A DNA stretch of 64,000 bases from an uncultured delta proteobacterium (GCA_963790475.1 CAWBOS010000006.1:384001-448000), one strand, 5' to 3'; shown: positions 1 through 10,261, counted from the first letter of the stretch. A program made the numbers and translations. Notes: a model not told the origin generated them from the letters alone.

Positions 1-485
1 GTGGATATTTCTTCTTCTCCGGGACAGGGAACGACTTTCACCTTGAGTATCCCTTTAACCCTGGCGGTCCTGGATGGTCTCCGGATTGATGTTGGCGGGG
101 AATCCTATCTGGTGCCGGTGTCTTCGGTTCTGACCATCAGGGCGATTCAGGACCAGGACATTAAAACCGTTGAGGCCAGGGAGGAAATGATCCGCTTTGA
201 AGAGTCTTATATACCGGCTATTCGACTGGAAAACGTATTGGGCACTCCCGAGAAAAGGAAAAACGGCCAAAGATCGCGCTGATTCTGGACAGCGACAAAA
301 GAAAATTTGCTCTGCTGGTCGATCAGATTTTAGAAACCCGGCAGGTGGTCATCAAGGGGCTGGAGGCCCATTTCCGGGCTATCCCGGGGGTAGCCGGGGG
401 AGCGATTCTCGGAGACGGAACGGTTTGTTTAATCCTGGATATCTACGGCTTGGACCGCATGATTTTTGGGGATTCCATGACCTGA
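1..485 (+). pseudogene. cheA: Chemotaxis histidine kinase CheA, C-terminal part (end of HATPase + CheW-like domain); runs off the window edge and is frameshifted near 250-265
   Basis: Frame 1 reads SSPGQGTTFTLSIPLTLAVLDGL; the expected tail KFALLVDQILETRQVVIKGL...IPGVAGGAILGDGTVCLILD is in frame 3, ending TGA 483-485. Confidence 0.85.
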
Positions 486-606
486 ACCAAATTGCAGAGG
501 CTATGTGCAGGATTTACGATAACCCAAACCAAGATTCATTTTTCCCGGTCAATGGAATTCTACAGTCCGAAATTTGAAATCTAAAATTAAAAAAGGGGAG
601 TCTTTT

Positions 607-2478
607 ATGAGTCGGCTGAATTTTAGGGAAATTAGAAAAAGCCTTCGGTTTAAAATTATGGCCATCCTGGTGATTACCTTCGGTTTGCTCGGGGGGGCCT
701 TGATGTCCTTTTCCAAATACTCCCATTCCTCCATTCAAGAGGTCTTTTCCCTGGGTATCTTGGGAGGGGTGGCCATCATTTTCATCCTCTATTTTTTTAT
801 TTATAAACTAATAACCCAAAGGATAAGGACCTTAACCAAGCTGACCCGGGAAATTTCTCAAGGGAGTTTAGACCTGGAGATTCCTTTTCTGGGAGAAGAC
901 TCCCTCGGTCGTTTGGCTGACAATATCCGGATCATGGTTCAAAACCATAAGGACCAGATGGAATACGCCAATATCCTGAAGGGTGTCATTCCCGTCCCTC
1001 TGTTTTTCGTCGATCATGATATGACCGTCACCTTTCTCAATAAATCGGCCTGTACAACATCGGGTCTTTCTCCCGCTGATGTTGAAGGAAAGATGAAGTG
1101 TTGGGATGTGTTTAACTCCAACAAGTGCCAGGATGGCTGTATCTTGAAAAAAACGCTTCAAACCGCTAAATTCAACACCGGTGATGTTCAGTATATTCAA
1201 CCCAAAAAAGGGAAGCCCATGACGATCATGGCCTCCGCCTCACCCCTCAAAGATTCCAAGGGGAACCTCCTGGGTGCCTTGGAAATCTTTCGGGATATCT
1301 CCGAACAGGTTCAGACCGAGAATCTATTAAAGGAAGCCGCTCAAAAAAAGGAGGAGGATCGGAAATATCTGGAAGAGCGGGTCGAGAAACTGACGGCCGT
1401 ATTGCTGAAAGCCGCCGAGGGAGACCTTTCCATCCAGGCCCCGGTTGATGCAAAAAATGATATCATAGACCAGCTTTCCGTTAAAACCAATGAGACCTTC
1501 GATAACATGGGAAGATTGATAGCTCAAACCAAGGGTGCGGCCCTGGGCGTGGCCCAATTGGCCGCCCAAATATCCGGGGGCAATCAGGATCTTTCCCTGC
1601 GGACTCAGCAGCAGGCCGGTACCATGGAAGAAATCAGCGCCACTATGGAAGAAATGTCCACCTCGATTCTTCAAACGGCTAACAACACCAGGCGGGCCGA
1701 TCAAATGGCCAGGGAGGCCGTCGGTCTGGCTCTGGAGGGCAATCAAGTCCTCCAAAAAACCTCTTCTTCCATGGACCAGGTCATTCAATCCAGTCAAAAG
1801 ATTTCTGAAATATTAACCCTGGTCAATGAAATCACCTTTCAGACCAACCTGCTGGCCTTAAATGCCGCCATTGAAGCCGCCAGGGCCGGGGAACACGGCC
1901 GGGGATTCGCTGTGGTCGCTCATGAAGTCCGGAGCCTGGCCAAACGAAGTCAAGAGGCGGCCAAAGAAATTCAGGACCTGATCCATAACAGCCTTGACAA
2001 GGTTTCCTCAGTCCATAAATTAGTGGGAGAAACCCATACCAGCCTGGATAAAATCGGGACCTTGATCCAGAGGCTATCCGAACAAATCTCTCGTGTCGCC
2101 ACCGCTTCTCAGGAACAATCCAAAGGGACGGAAGAAATCAACCAGGCCTTACTTGAGCTCCAAAATATCGTCCAGCAAAATGCCCATTTGGTTGGGGACT
2201 TGGCTCATTCCAGTCAAATGCTGGCCAATAGTGCCGAAGGGCTGCAATTATCCACGGAAGGATTCATCCTGCCCAAGGCGATTGTGGTAAAAATACCGGA
2301 GTTTCAGGCCTATTCTCCAGCAAAAAAAGAAGGATCTCAAAAACTAAAAGATCGGCGAGGCCTCGAACCCCCCATCCGTCGTCGTTTGGAGGAGGACCTG
2401 ATAAAGACCAGTGTTCAGGAGGACAAACCCCTGTCTGCCGATGACCTGGATCTGGAAGAAGGGTTTGAAGAATTTTAA
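607..2478 (+). CDS. Methyl-accepting chemotaxis protein (2 TM, HAMP, PAS, HAMP, MCP signalling domain)
   Basis: [34 protein letters not shown] hairpin; GGGGAG RBS before ATG 607. Confidence 0.95.
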   Translation: MSRLNFREIRKSLRFKIMAILVITFGLLGGALMSFSKYSHSSIQEVFSLGILGGVAIIFILYFFIYKLITQRIRTLTKLTREISQGSLDLEIPFLGEDSLGRLADNIRIMVQNHKDQMEYANILKGVIPVPLFFVDHDMTVTFLNKSACTTSGLSPADVEGKMKCWDVFNSNKCQDGCILKKTLQTAKFNTGDVQYIQPKKGKPMTIMASASPLKDSKGNLLGALEIFRDISEQVQTENLLKEAAQKKEEDRKYLEERVEKLTAVLLKAAEGDLSIQAPVDAKNDIIDQLSVKTNETFDNMGRLIAQTKGAALGVAQLAAQISGGNQDLSLRTQQQAGTMEEISATMEEMSTSILQTANNTRRADQMAREAVGLALEGNQVLQKTSSSMDQVIQSSQKISEILTLVNEITFQTNLLALNAAIEAARAGEHGRGFAVVAHEVRSLAKRSQEAAKEIQDLIHNSLDKVSSVHKLVGETHTSLDKIGTLIQRLSEQISRVATASQEQSKGTEEINQALLELQNIVQQNAHLVGDLAHSSQMLANSAEGLQLSTEGFILPKAIVVKIPEFQAYSPAKKEGSQKLKDRRGLEPPIRRRLEEDLIKTSVQEDKPLSADDLDLEEGFEEF

Positions 2479-2575
2479 ATTATTCCCATTTACTGTTTTC
2501 AAGTTCCGGGAACACTTAACAACCGATAAAAACCGGAAAATGAGCAACGCCTAGTGGATGTTGCCTGAGGAGCCT

Positions 2576-3028
2576 ATGACGACCACTCAATATATCTCTT
2601 TTTTTCTGGACCAGGAAGAATATGCCCTCGAATTACTGAAAATCAAGGAGATCATTGCCTTTCGCCCCCTGACCAGGGTCCCCAGGATGGGAGGATTTAT
2701 CAAAGGGATTTTGAACTTAAGGGGGGTGATCCTTCCGGTCTTTGATCCCCGGGAGAAGTTCGGTCTCCCGGCCCGTCCTTATGACGGTCATACCGTCATT
2801 TTTATCATGGAACTGGTGGGGAGGTTGGTTGGGCTTATTGTGGATATGGCCAGCGATGTCATAGACCTGGACCCGCAGACCATACAACCTACTCCGGCTT
2901 TCTCCAGCTCGACGCAAAGTGATTACATCCAGGGTATCGGCTCCATAGAAAACCGCCTGGTCATCCTCCTGAATGCCGACCGCCTCTTGGACGAACAGGA
3001 AATAGCGGCCCTCGATAAAACAATTTAG
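2576..3028 (+). CDS. cheW: Chemotaxis coupling protein CheW
   Basis: LTRVPRMGGFIKGILNLRGVILPVFD, GLIVD motifs; GAGGAG RBS before ATG 2576. Confidence 0.93.
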   Translation: MTTTQYISFFLDQEEYALELLKIKEIIAFRPLTRVPRMGGFIKGILNLRGVILPVFDPREKFGLPARPYDGHTVIFIMELVGRLVGLIVDMASDVIDLDPQTIQPTPAFSSSTQSDYIQGIGSIENRLVILLNADRLLDEQEIAALDKTI

Positions 3029-3072
3029 AGTTTTATACGGAATGGTCTAAAAGGAGTAGAAGGATTCCTTCT

Positions 3073-3900
3073 TTGGAATTAACCGATTCAGATTTTCAGG
3101 CTTTACGGACGTTTATTGCCGGCGAGGCAGGCATTCAATTGTCCGAGTTCAAGAAAGTCTTTTTAATATCCCGTCTTTCCCCAAGAATAAAAGTATTGGG
3201 ACTCTCAAGTTTTAAGGAATATCTTCGATTGTTACACAACCCTGATTCTAAAAGAGAAGAATTAGGTCATCTAATTAACCAGATAACAACCAATGAAACC
3301 CGGTTTTTCAGGGAAAACCACCACTTTGAATTCTTAACTGAAAACTATCTCCCGTCCTTGGTCCGAGATGATGACACCCCAAGGCGGATATCTTTTTGGT
3401 GCGCCGGTTGTGCAACCGGAGAGGAGGCCTACAGTCTGGCCATGATCTTGTCTGATTTTAAAAAAAAATATCCCTGGCTACAGCCCCACATCCTGGCCAC
3501 CGATATCGATTCCAAGGCTTTGGATAAGGCCAAGGCCGGGCTCTTTCCGGAAAAGGCCGCCAGGTATATTCCTCCTCGACAACTTAAAAAATACTTTCTT
3601 AAAGGAGTCAAGGAACGAAGCGGTTGGATAAAAGCCCGCTCATTGCTCAAGGAACTGATTAGCTTTGAATACTTCAATCTCCATAAGCCGGGGAATCTTT
3701 CCCGGGGACCATTTGACGGGATTTTTTGCCGCAATGTCCTGATTTATTTCCTTCCCCAATCCCAGGAAAATGTCCAGGAGGTCTTCTACCAAAATTTGAT
3801 TCCGGACGGACTTCTGTTTTTAGGCCACAGTGAAATCCTTTTTGGTAGAGAGGATGCTTTTAGAACCTTAGGGAAGACCACCTACCAGAAAATAGGATGA
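3073..3900 (+). CDS. cheR: Chemotaxis methyltransferase CheR
   Basis: TTNETRFFRE, WCAGCATGEEAYS, ATDID, IFCRNVLIYF, LFLGHSE motifs. Confidence 0.95.
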   Translation: MELTDSDFQALRTFIAGEAGIQLSEFKKVFLISRLSPRIKVLGLSSFKEYLRLLHNPDSKREELGHLINQITTNETRFFRENHHFEFLTENYLPSLVRDDDTPRRISFWCAGCATGEEAYSLAMILSDFKKKYPWLQPHILATDIDSKALDKAKAGLFPEKAARYIPPRQLKKYFLKGVKERSGWIKARSLLKELISFEYFNLHKPGNLSRGPFDGIFCRNVLIYFLPQSQENVQEVFYQNLIPDGLLFLGHSEILFGREDAFRTLGKTTYQKIG

Positions 3901-4092
3901 TTAACCGGTGAAAGGTGACAAGTGTCATGTGACAAGAAAGAAAATGAAGAGTGACAGGGGAACCGAGAGGTGGGAATATTGGAGTAACTGGATATATGAT
4001 CGTCTCGTGCCTCCCTTACTCCGACACTCCATTGCTCCAGTTTCCCGCTTTCCTGGTTTTTCTTGTCACTTGTCACTAGTCACCGAGGTTAA
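3901..4092. repeat. Nested inverted short-tandem-repeat element (GTGACAA 7-mer arms enclosing TGGAGTAA-type 8-mer arms)
   Basis: Left arm 3901-3940 is the imperfect reverse complement of right arm 4059-4092; inner arms 3967-3993 and 4016-4046. Confidence 0.75.
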
Positions 4093-4101
4093 GGAAATTT
4101 T

Positions 4102-4683
4102 ATGCAAACCGGATATAGTGAAAAATATCAACTCCCGATCCACTTTTTGAATCCCGGGGAATATTATGCCACCGACCGGCCGGAGATCCTGTGCACCGTG
4201 CTCGGTTCCTGTATCTCGGTCTGTCTGATCGACGAAAAGAACCAAATAGGCGGGATGAACCATTTTATGCTCCCGGGATGTATTTCCAGCAATGAAATCC
4301 TGATCAGCGAAATAGGCCGCTATGGCCTCTATGCCATGGAACTGCTGATTGGGGAAATTATTAAAAAAGGGGGAGACCGCAAGGCGATTAAAGGAAGATG
4401 CTTTGGAGGGGGAGCGGTATTACGGTTCCGCCAATCCGACGGGGATATTCCGGAAGCCAATATCCATTTTATTCGAAAATATTTTGAATTAGAAAAAATT
4501 CCCCTGATTTCCGAAGACCTGGGGGGTGCCCAGGGGCGAAAAATTTATTTCTTTATTCCTCAAGGTCGAGTCCTGTTGAAACGGCTGAAGGATATTACGG
4601 AAGAGCTGATCCAATTGGAAAATGAATACAAAGGCTCCCTTTTTAGGAAAAGGATAAGGCCTTCATTCCCGGCCAAGGGTTAA
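4102..4683 (+). CDS. cheD: Chemoreceptor glutamine deamidase CheD
   Basis: TVLGSCISVCL, GGMNHFMLP, RYGLYAMELLI, FGGG, EDLGG motifs. Confidence 0.95.
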   Translation: MQTGYSEKYQLPIHFLNPGEYYATDRPEILCTVLGSCISVCLIDEKNQIGGMNHFMLPGCISSNEILISEIGRYGLYAMELLIGEIIKKGGDRKAIKGRCFGGGAVLRFRQSDGDIPEANIHFIRKYFELEKIPLISEDLGGAQGRKIYFFIPQGRVLLKRLKDITEELIQLENEYKGSLFRKRIRPSFPAKG

Positions 4684-4741
4684 TAATAATTGCCGAGGCC
4701 ATCTTTTTGAAAATAGGTAACCGTTAAACGAGGAGCTTATC

Positions 4742-5798
4742 TTGAAAAGAATTCGCGTGCTGATCGTAGACGATTCCCCGCTGATGCAGTCCTGGCTGCA
4801 AAAAAATCCTTTCGGCCGATCCTGAAATCGGGGAAGTGACCACGGCCCAAAATCCTTATGAGGCCAAATTATCTATTCAGACCAAGCGGCCCGACGTCAT
4901 CACCTTGGATGTGGAGATGCCCGGGATGGACGGAATTTCTTTTTTAAAAGAATTAATGTCCACCAACCCTTTGCCTGTGGTTATGGTCAGCGCCTATACT
5001 CAGGAGAATTGTCAAACCACGATCAAGGCCCTTTCTCTGGGGGCGGTGGATTTTATCCCCAAACCAGGTCCTGGTTTAAAGGAGGAGAAAGAAACCTTCC
5101 CTCAAAGACTTCTGACTAAAGTCAAAGAAGCGGCCCAGGCCCGAGCCCTATCGCCTCTTCCTGCCCCAACCCCTTTACCTTCTTATCGACAGGAAATTGG
5201 AACAGCCCCTCAGCCCTCTCGAGAAGGGCAAGGGGTTGTAATCGGGATTGGGGCCTCCACCGGCGGGACCCAGGCCCTGATCTTTCTACTCTCCCATTTG
5301 CCTGAAGATATGCCTCCGATGGTTATTGTCCAACATATGCCCCCCCAGTTTACTGGCGCCTTCGCCGCCCATTTGGACCAAATCTCTTGCTTAACCGTAA
5401 AAGAGGCCCGATCGGGAGACCGTCTGAAACGAGGGCTGGCCCTGGTTGTTCCAGGGGGTAAACATGGTCAGATCCAAAGAGATCAACAGGGCCTTTTTCT
5501 GACCCTTAATGAAGATCCACCGGTAAATCATCATCGCCCTTCAGTGGATATTTTGTTTCATTCCCTGGCCGAAACTGTTCGAGAAAAAGGAATCGGTATT
5601 CTGCTGACCGGGATGGGGGAAGACGGGGCTCGTGGGCTTCTGGCCATGCGGAAACAAGGAGCCAGTACCCTGGCTCAGGATGAATCGACTTCCACCATTT
5701 TTGGAATGCCCCAGGCGGCCATAAAATTGGGAGCGGCCCAGGCCGTAACCCCTTTGCAGGAAGTGCCTGCCTGGCTTATTAAGATTGCGAGGTCATAA
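4742..5798 (+). pseudogene. cheB: Chemotaxis methylesterase CheB (REC + methylesterase), +1 frameshift in A7 run at 4800-4806
   Basis: GAGGAG RBS then TTG 4742 gives MKRIRVLIVDDSPLMQSWLQK; continues in another frame as ILSADPEIGEV...DVITLDVEMP...IGASTGG...VQHMP...GMGEDG. Confidence 0.88.
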
Positions 5799-5804
5799 CC
5801 GGCC

Positions 5805-6719
5805 ATGAGTAAAATCCTGATCATTGATGACAGCCGTCTGATCACTCAGTTCGGAAAAAGCATTCTGACCGGTAAGGGCCTTGAGGTCTTGACCGCCGAA
5901 TCAGGGGAAATGGGCCTGGAACTGGCCGTTCAGGAGCAGCCGGATTTGATCCTTTTAGATGTAATCCTTCCGGGGATGGATGGCTATCAGATCTGTGAAC
6001 AATTAAAAAAAACCGACAAAAGCAAAGACATCCCCGTGATCATGCTGACCTCCAAAGCCGAACCAGCCGACAAAATCAAAGGTCTGGTGCTGGGGGCGGT
6101 GGATTATGTAGCCAAACCCTTTGATGCCGGTGAGCTGATCGCCCGGGTCAATACTCATTTGCGAATAAAAGAACTTTATGAAGCGCTTCAGGAAAGAAAT
6201 CGTAAACTTCAAGAGATGGCCAACCGGGACGGGCTGACTAATCTATATAACCACCGTTTTTTTCATGAGCACTTGAGCCGGGAGATGGACCGGGTGAGGC
6301 GCTATGGCGGGACCATTACCTGTGTCATTAGCGATATTGATTTTTTTAAGAGGGTCAATGACACTTATGGCCACCAGATCGGGGACATTATCTTGAAAGA
6401 AGCGGCCCAGATCCTTGAAAAAGGAATTCGGGAAAGCGACCTGGCCGCCCGTTATGGAGGAGAAGAATTCGGATTGGTCCTTTTACAAATCGAAAGCCAG
6501 GCCGCCCTCTTGGTCTGTGAACGGATCAGGGCCCAGATCGCCGCCAGGCCTTTTACAGCCGTTAATCCCCCCCTACATGTTACGGCCAGTTTCGGAATTG
6601 CCTCTTTCCCTTCGACCGGGATTGAAGAAGAGAAAGACCTGGTTGAAGCTGCCGATCTGGCCTTATATAAAGCCAAGGAAGGCGGGAGAAACAGGGTAGT
6701 GTTATTTGAGGCAATTTAA
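5805..6719 (+). CDS. Response-regulator diguanylate cyclase (REC-GGDEF, PleD/WspR-like)
   Basis: ILIIDD...DLILLD REC; DGLTNLYN, DIDFFKRVNDTYGH, RESD I-site, RYGGEEF. Confidence 0.95.
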   Translation: MSKILIIDDSRLITQFGKSILTGKGLEVLTAESGEMGLELAVQEQPDLILLDVILPGMDGYQICEQLKKTDKSKDIPVIMLTSKAEPADKIKGLVLGAVDYVAKPFDAGELIARVNTHLRIKELYEALQERNRKLQEMANRDGLTNLYNHRFFHEHLSREMDRVRRYGGTITCVISDIDFFKRVNDTYGHQIGDIILKEAAQILEKGIRESDLAARYGGEEFGLVLLQIESQAALLVCERIRAQIAARPFTAVNPPLHVTASFGIASFPSTGIEEEKDLVEAADLALYKAKEGGRNRVVLFEAI

Positions 6720-6729
6720 CCGGACAACC

Positions 6730-7248
6730 TCATAGGTGTTCCCAGTATTTCTTTTCCCTTTTGGCCTTTTTGGAAAGACGAAAAGCAGTTCCCTTTTTCT
6801 TTTTGGGCGGGCCCCCCGGATTTTCTTCCTTAAATGTCTTTTGATTTACAGCCCGGATTTGTTCTTGAATCCGATGCGCGAAATCCTCAGAACGAATCCA
6901 GCCGGCTTTGAAAAACCGGCAATAGGAACCCAATTCCTGATCCGAGGTGACTACCAGGGTTTTCTCCCCCTCTGTTTTAGCTAACCGTTTGATGATATCA
7001 TCAGCGGTCTGTCCTCGGGGAGAATACAGGATTTTTATTCCCTTATAGATATCCCTCCCTTCGGTCAGGCCCCCTCCCTGCCCTCCATCAAAAACAACGG
7101 TGACGGGATTGGGGATTTTTTTCCGGTATTGAGACAGCCATTCCAATAATTTTTCCCGTCCTTGGGAAAAATCGGTTTTTTCCACCCGGGACAAAGGCTG
7201 GTATTTCCGGATCAAATTATAGCCATCAATAAGAATATGAATCGTCAT
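6730..7248 (-). CDS. NYN-domain (YacP-like) ribonuclease-fold protein
   Basis: ILIDGYNLI, VVFDG, TADDII, VVTSD motifs. Confidence 0.85.
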   Translation of the reverse strand: MTIHILIDGYNLIRKYQPLSRVEKTDFSQGREKLLEWLSQYRKKIPNPVTVVFDGGQGGGLTEGRDIYKGIKILYSPRGQTADDIIKRLAKTEGEKTLVVTSDQELGSYCRFFKAGWIRSEDFAHRIQEQIRAVNQKTFKEENPGGPPKKKKGTAFRLSKKAKREKKYWEHL

Positions 7249-7286
7249 TTTCTTCCTGGAAGGGGGAGCCAAACTCCCGGACAACC

Positions 7287-7823
7287 TTATAAATTGATTA
7301 TGAAGCCATCTTTATGGTGGAAATCGGCCTCGGGGCCGGGATGGGTCAAGGCCCACAGAGTTACTTCGCCCTGTTTGGTTTTTATAACGGTGCTGACCGC
7401 CATCGTCAAAGCTTGATCGGCCAGAATAATTATACTCAAATCAAATTCCAAGACAAGCCGGAAAGAATCCGGTTGCACCTGAGCTTTACAGGGAAGAAAG
7501 GAGAAGGCTTTTTCTTCAAAGAGCCCTTGACGGTAGTTTTCGAAACAGAAGACATTCCAATCTCCGGAGGGGGAAAGGTTAAATTCCCAGTAACGGTTCG
7601 AATCCCTTGGGCCAATGAAAAACTCAAAGCAGGTGTTCTCCCATAATCCGATCCTTCGGGAAGGTCTGTTGGCTGAGGGGGGGATCTCAATATCTGTTAG
7701 GTCTCCGAAAAGGTGATAGTCGAGGCCAAAGGTGTTGCCCCGGCGAAAGAAGGTGCCGGTCATCTTAAAAGGCAACGGCCGGGTCCCTGGAAACGGCAGC
7801 AAGGAGAAGTTCCGAGGTCTCAT
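7287..7823 (-). CDS. DOMON-like domain protein
   Basis: LWENTCFEFF, YWEFNLSPSGDWN, WALTHPGPEADFH; overlaps upstream phosphotransferase gene. Confidence 0.75.
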   Translation of the reverse strand: MRPRNFSLLPFPGTRPLPFKMTGTFFRRGNTFGLDYHLFGDLTDIEIPPSANRPSRRIGLWENTCFEFFIGPRDSNRYWEFNLSPSGDWNVFCFENYRQGLFEEKAFSFLPCKAQVQPDSFRLVLEFDLSIIILADQALTMAVSTVIKTKQGEVTLWALTHPGPEADFHHKDGFIINL

Positions 7824-8920
7824 TTGATCTCCCCGATAAGGGCCCGAATGGCTGATTCCAGTGACTCAATGCTTTCGGTAAGCTTAAATTGAACCAAGGC
7901 CCGGATCAGATTCTGTTTTTTGTGGCTAATCTTGAAGTAGACATTCCCTTCCAGATAGTCGGTGAAAAATCGGAGACCCAGTTCAAAGGCGATCAGCCGA
8001 ACGGCCTCATAAATGTAATCATAGTCATTTTCTATTAGGAAACTCCGGGCCAGGGGAAGATAGCCCTCCAAAATGTCCCGGCCAAGCTCGGGTTCAAAGC
8101 AAACCGTCTCCCATTGTTCGGTCTCCTCTCCCAGTGGATTGCAGCAGGATCGGAGACAGTCACCGATATCGTAATGAATCAGGCCGGGTTTGACGGTGTC
8201 GAGGTCCACAAGGCTAACGGCCTGCCGGGTGGTGATGTCGATCATGACATTGTTGACCTTGGGGTCTCCATGGATCGGACGGAGATAAAGGGTGCCCTGT
8301 TCTTTAGCCTTTTCCAGAATATCGGCCATGGTCCTTCGCTGGTCTACAAATGCCAACCCATATTTCACCTCCGGGGACCTGGGCGGGCTTTTTTTGCTCA
8401 GGGCGGCGTCAAATCGCCGGAGATAGCCCGGCAGTATATGGAATCCTTCCAGCGTATCGGCCAGTTTTTCAATAGGCAGGTCCCTGGTGAGGGCGTGGAA
8501 CATCCCCAGGGCATAGCCGACTTCCCGGGCATGTGAGGGGTCCTGGATGGTGTCAAAGGACCGGGCCCGATCAATAAAGCTGAGTGCCCGCCAGAAGGCC
8601 CCATCCGGGCCGATCCAGTGGTCCTGACCGTTTTGGGTCAACAAAACCCGGGGAACCCCCCAACGGCGTCCGGGGCTCAAGGGGAAATGCCGGAGGGCAT
8701 TGCGGACATGATCGCTGAAGGCCCTCAGGTTCTGCATGACCAGTTCCGGTTGACGAAAGACACGGGTGTTGATGTGCTGCAGAATATATTTATTTTCTGC
8801 CTGGCCGTCCAGGGTTACCAGGAAGGTGTCATGGACATTTCCCTTCCCATAGGCGCGGATGTTGATAATATTATCCTGCGGTTTAAATTGTTCGGCGGCG
8901 AGGGAAACAGGCTTATTCAA
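7820..8920 (-). CDS. Aminoglycoside phosphotransferase family kinase (N-acetylhexosamine 1-kinase-like)
   Basis: GKGNVHDTF, HGDPKVNN, VDLDTVKPG, YDIGDCLRS, ELGLRFFTDYL. Confidence 0.85.
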   Translation of the reverse strand: MNKPVSLAAEQFKPQDNIINIRAYGKGNVHDTFLVTLDGQAENKYILQHINTRVFRQPELVMQNLRAFSDHVRNALRHFPLSPGRRWGVPRVLLTQNGQDHWIGPDGAFWRALSFIDRARSFDTIQDPSHAREVGYALGMFHALTRDLPIEKLADTLEGFHILPGYLRRFDAALSKKSPPRSPEVKYGLAFVDQRRTMADILEKAKEQGTLYLRPIHGDPKVNNVMIDITTRQAVSLVDLDTVKPGLIHYDIGDCLRSCCNPLGEETEQWETVCFEPELGRDILEGYLPLARSFLIENDYDYIYEAVRLIAFELGLRFFTDYLEGNVYFKISHKKQNLIRALVQFKLTESIESLESAIRALIGEIK

Positions 8921-9132
8921 AATTTTCCTTAGAAGAGAATAAATAGGAAACCGATACTCTTATTCTAAACAAAATTGGCTCGATCAACAAGGATATTAAT
9001 CGGACATGGTTCAATGTGTCCCTATTTTATGAAATCGCTAACACGCTTTTGGGAAAAAAGCGCGAAAAGAAGATGGCCGATTGAATCAAAATCAAATATT
9101 TGCAAGGTGAAATGGGCCCTAGACCAAAGGGC

Positions 9133-9161
9133 TTGACATTCCGGAGTAATCCCGTTATAAC
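9133..9161 (+). promoter_or_regulatory. sigma70-type promoter of the rml operon
   Basis: TTGACA (9133-9138) - 17 bp - TATAAC (9156-9161). Confidence 0.75.
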
Positions 9162-9193
9162 CAACTAAAATGCCTAAAGAAGGAAGATTACTG

Positions 9194-10261
9194 ATGAAAG
9201 CCCTGGTACTATCCGGTGGAAAGGGGACCCGGCTGCGACCGATCACCCACACCATGGCCAAGCAATTGGTACCCGTGGCCAATGAACCTATTTTGGGTTA
9301 TGTTTTTCAACACCTCATGGAGGCCGGCATCAAAGAAGTCGGAGTGGTGGTTGCTCCGGAAACTCAGGCTGACGTCAAGGGCTTTTTAAAAAATGGGTCT
9401 CGCTGGGGATTAAAGATAGAATATATCCTCCAGAATCAACCCCTGGGACTGGCCCACGCCGTTAAAACCGCCCAACCTTTTTTAGGGTCTTCTCCTTTTG
9501 TCATGTATCTGGGAGACAACCTTCTGGCCGAAGGAATCAAGGACTACCAAGAAAGATTTATAAAAGAAAAACTCGATGCCTTTTTATTCTTAAAAGAAGT
9601 GGAGAACCCCAAGGCCTTTGGGGTGGCGGTCTTGAACAAAAAAGGTGATATCACCCGTTTGATCGAAAAACCCGAAAGACCCCCTTCCAACCTGGCCTTG
9701 GTGGGGGTCTATTTCTTTTCTCCCAAGATCCATCAGGCTATCGCCCGCATAAAGCCATCGGCTCGGGGGGAATTGGAGATCACCGATGCCATTCAGGAGC
9801 TGATGAATATGAAGGGTCAGGTAAAAGGTCATATCCTGAAAGGGTGGTGGCTGGATACCGGGAAGAAAGATGATTTTCTGGCGGCCAACACCACCGTCCT
9901 GGATGATTATATCCAACGGGACCTCTGCGGGAAATGCGATACCGGGAGCCAGATTATCGGCCGGGTCCGTCTGGCCAAAAAAACCAAAGTGATTGGCAGT
10001 ATTATTCGAGGACCGGTGGTAATCGGAGAAGGGGCTCAGATCATTCACTCCTTTATCGGTCCTTACACCACCATCGGCCCCTACAGCCGAGTGATCCATT
10101 CGGCGATTGAGCATTCGGTGTTGATGAGTCATTGTCTGGTGGAGAATATTGCCCGTCTGGAAGACAGCCTGATCGGCCGGGAGGCCCATGTAACTCAGGG
10201 AGAAAACCATTCCAAGGCCCTACGTTTGATGATCGGCGACAATGCCGTAGTGGAAGTGTGA
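9194..10261 (+). CDS. rmlA: Glucose-1-phosphate thymidylyltransferase, long form with C-terminal left-handed beta-helix
   Basis: LSGGKGTRLRPIT...KQLVP, PLGLAHAV, MYLGDN, EKP, SARGELEITDAI, WLDTG. Confidence 0.93.
   Translation: MKALVLSGGKGTRLRPITHTMAKQLVPVANEPILGYVFQHLMEAGIKEVGVVVAPETQADVKGFLKNGSRWGLKIEYILQNQPLGLAHAVKTAQPFLGSSPFVMYLGDNLLAEGIKDYQERFIKEKLDAFLFLKEVENPKAFGVAVLNKKGDITRLIEKPERPPSNLALVGVYFFSPKIHQAIARIKPSARGELEITDAIQELMNMKGQVKGHILKGWWLDTGKKDDFLAANTTVLDDYIQRDLCGKCDTGSQIIGRVRLAKKTKVIGSIIRGPVVIGEGAQIIHSFIGPYTTIGPYSRVIHSAIEHSVLMSHCLVENIARLEDSLIGREAHVTQGENHSKALRLMIGDNAVVEV

Noticed and set aside
7594-7610. GGTTCGAATCCC, tRNA T-loop-like
   Set aside because: Lies inside the DOMON-like CDS with no cloverleaf around it
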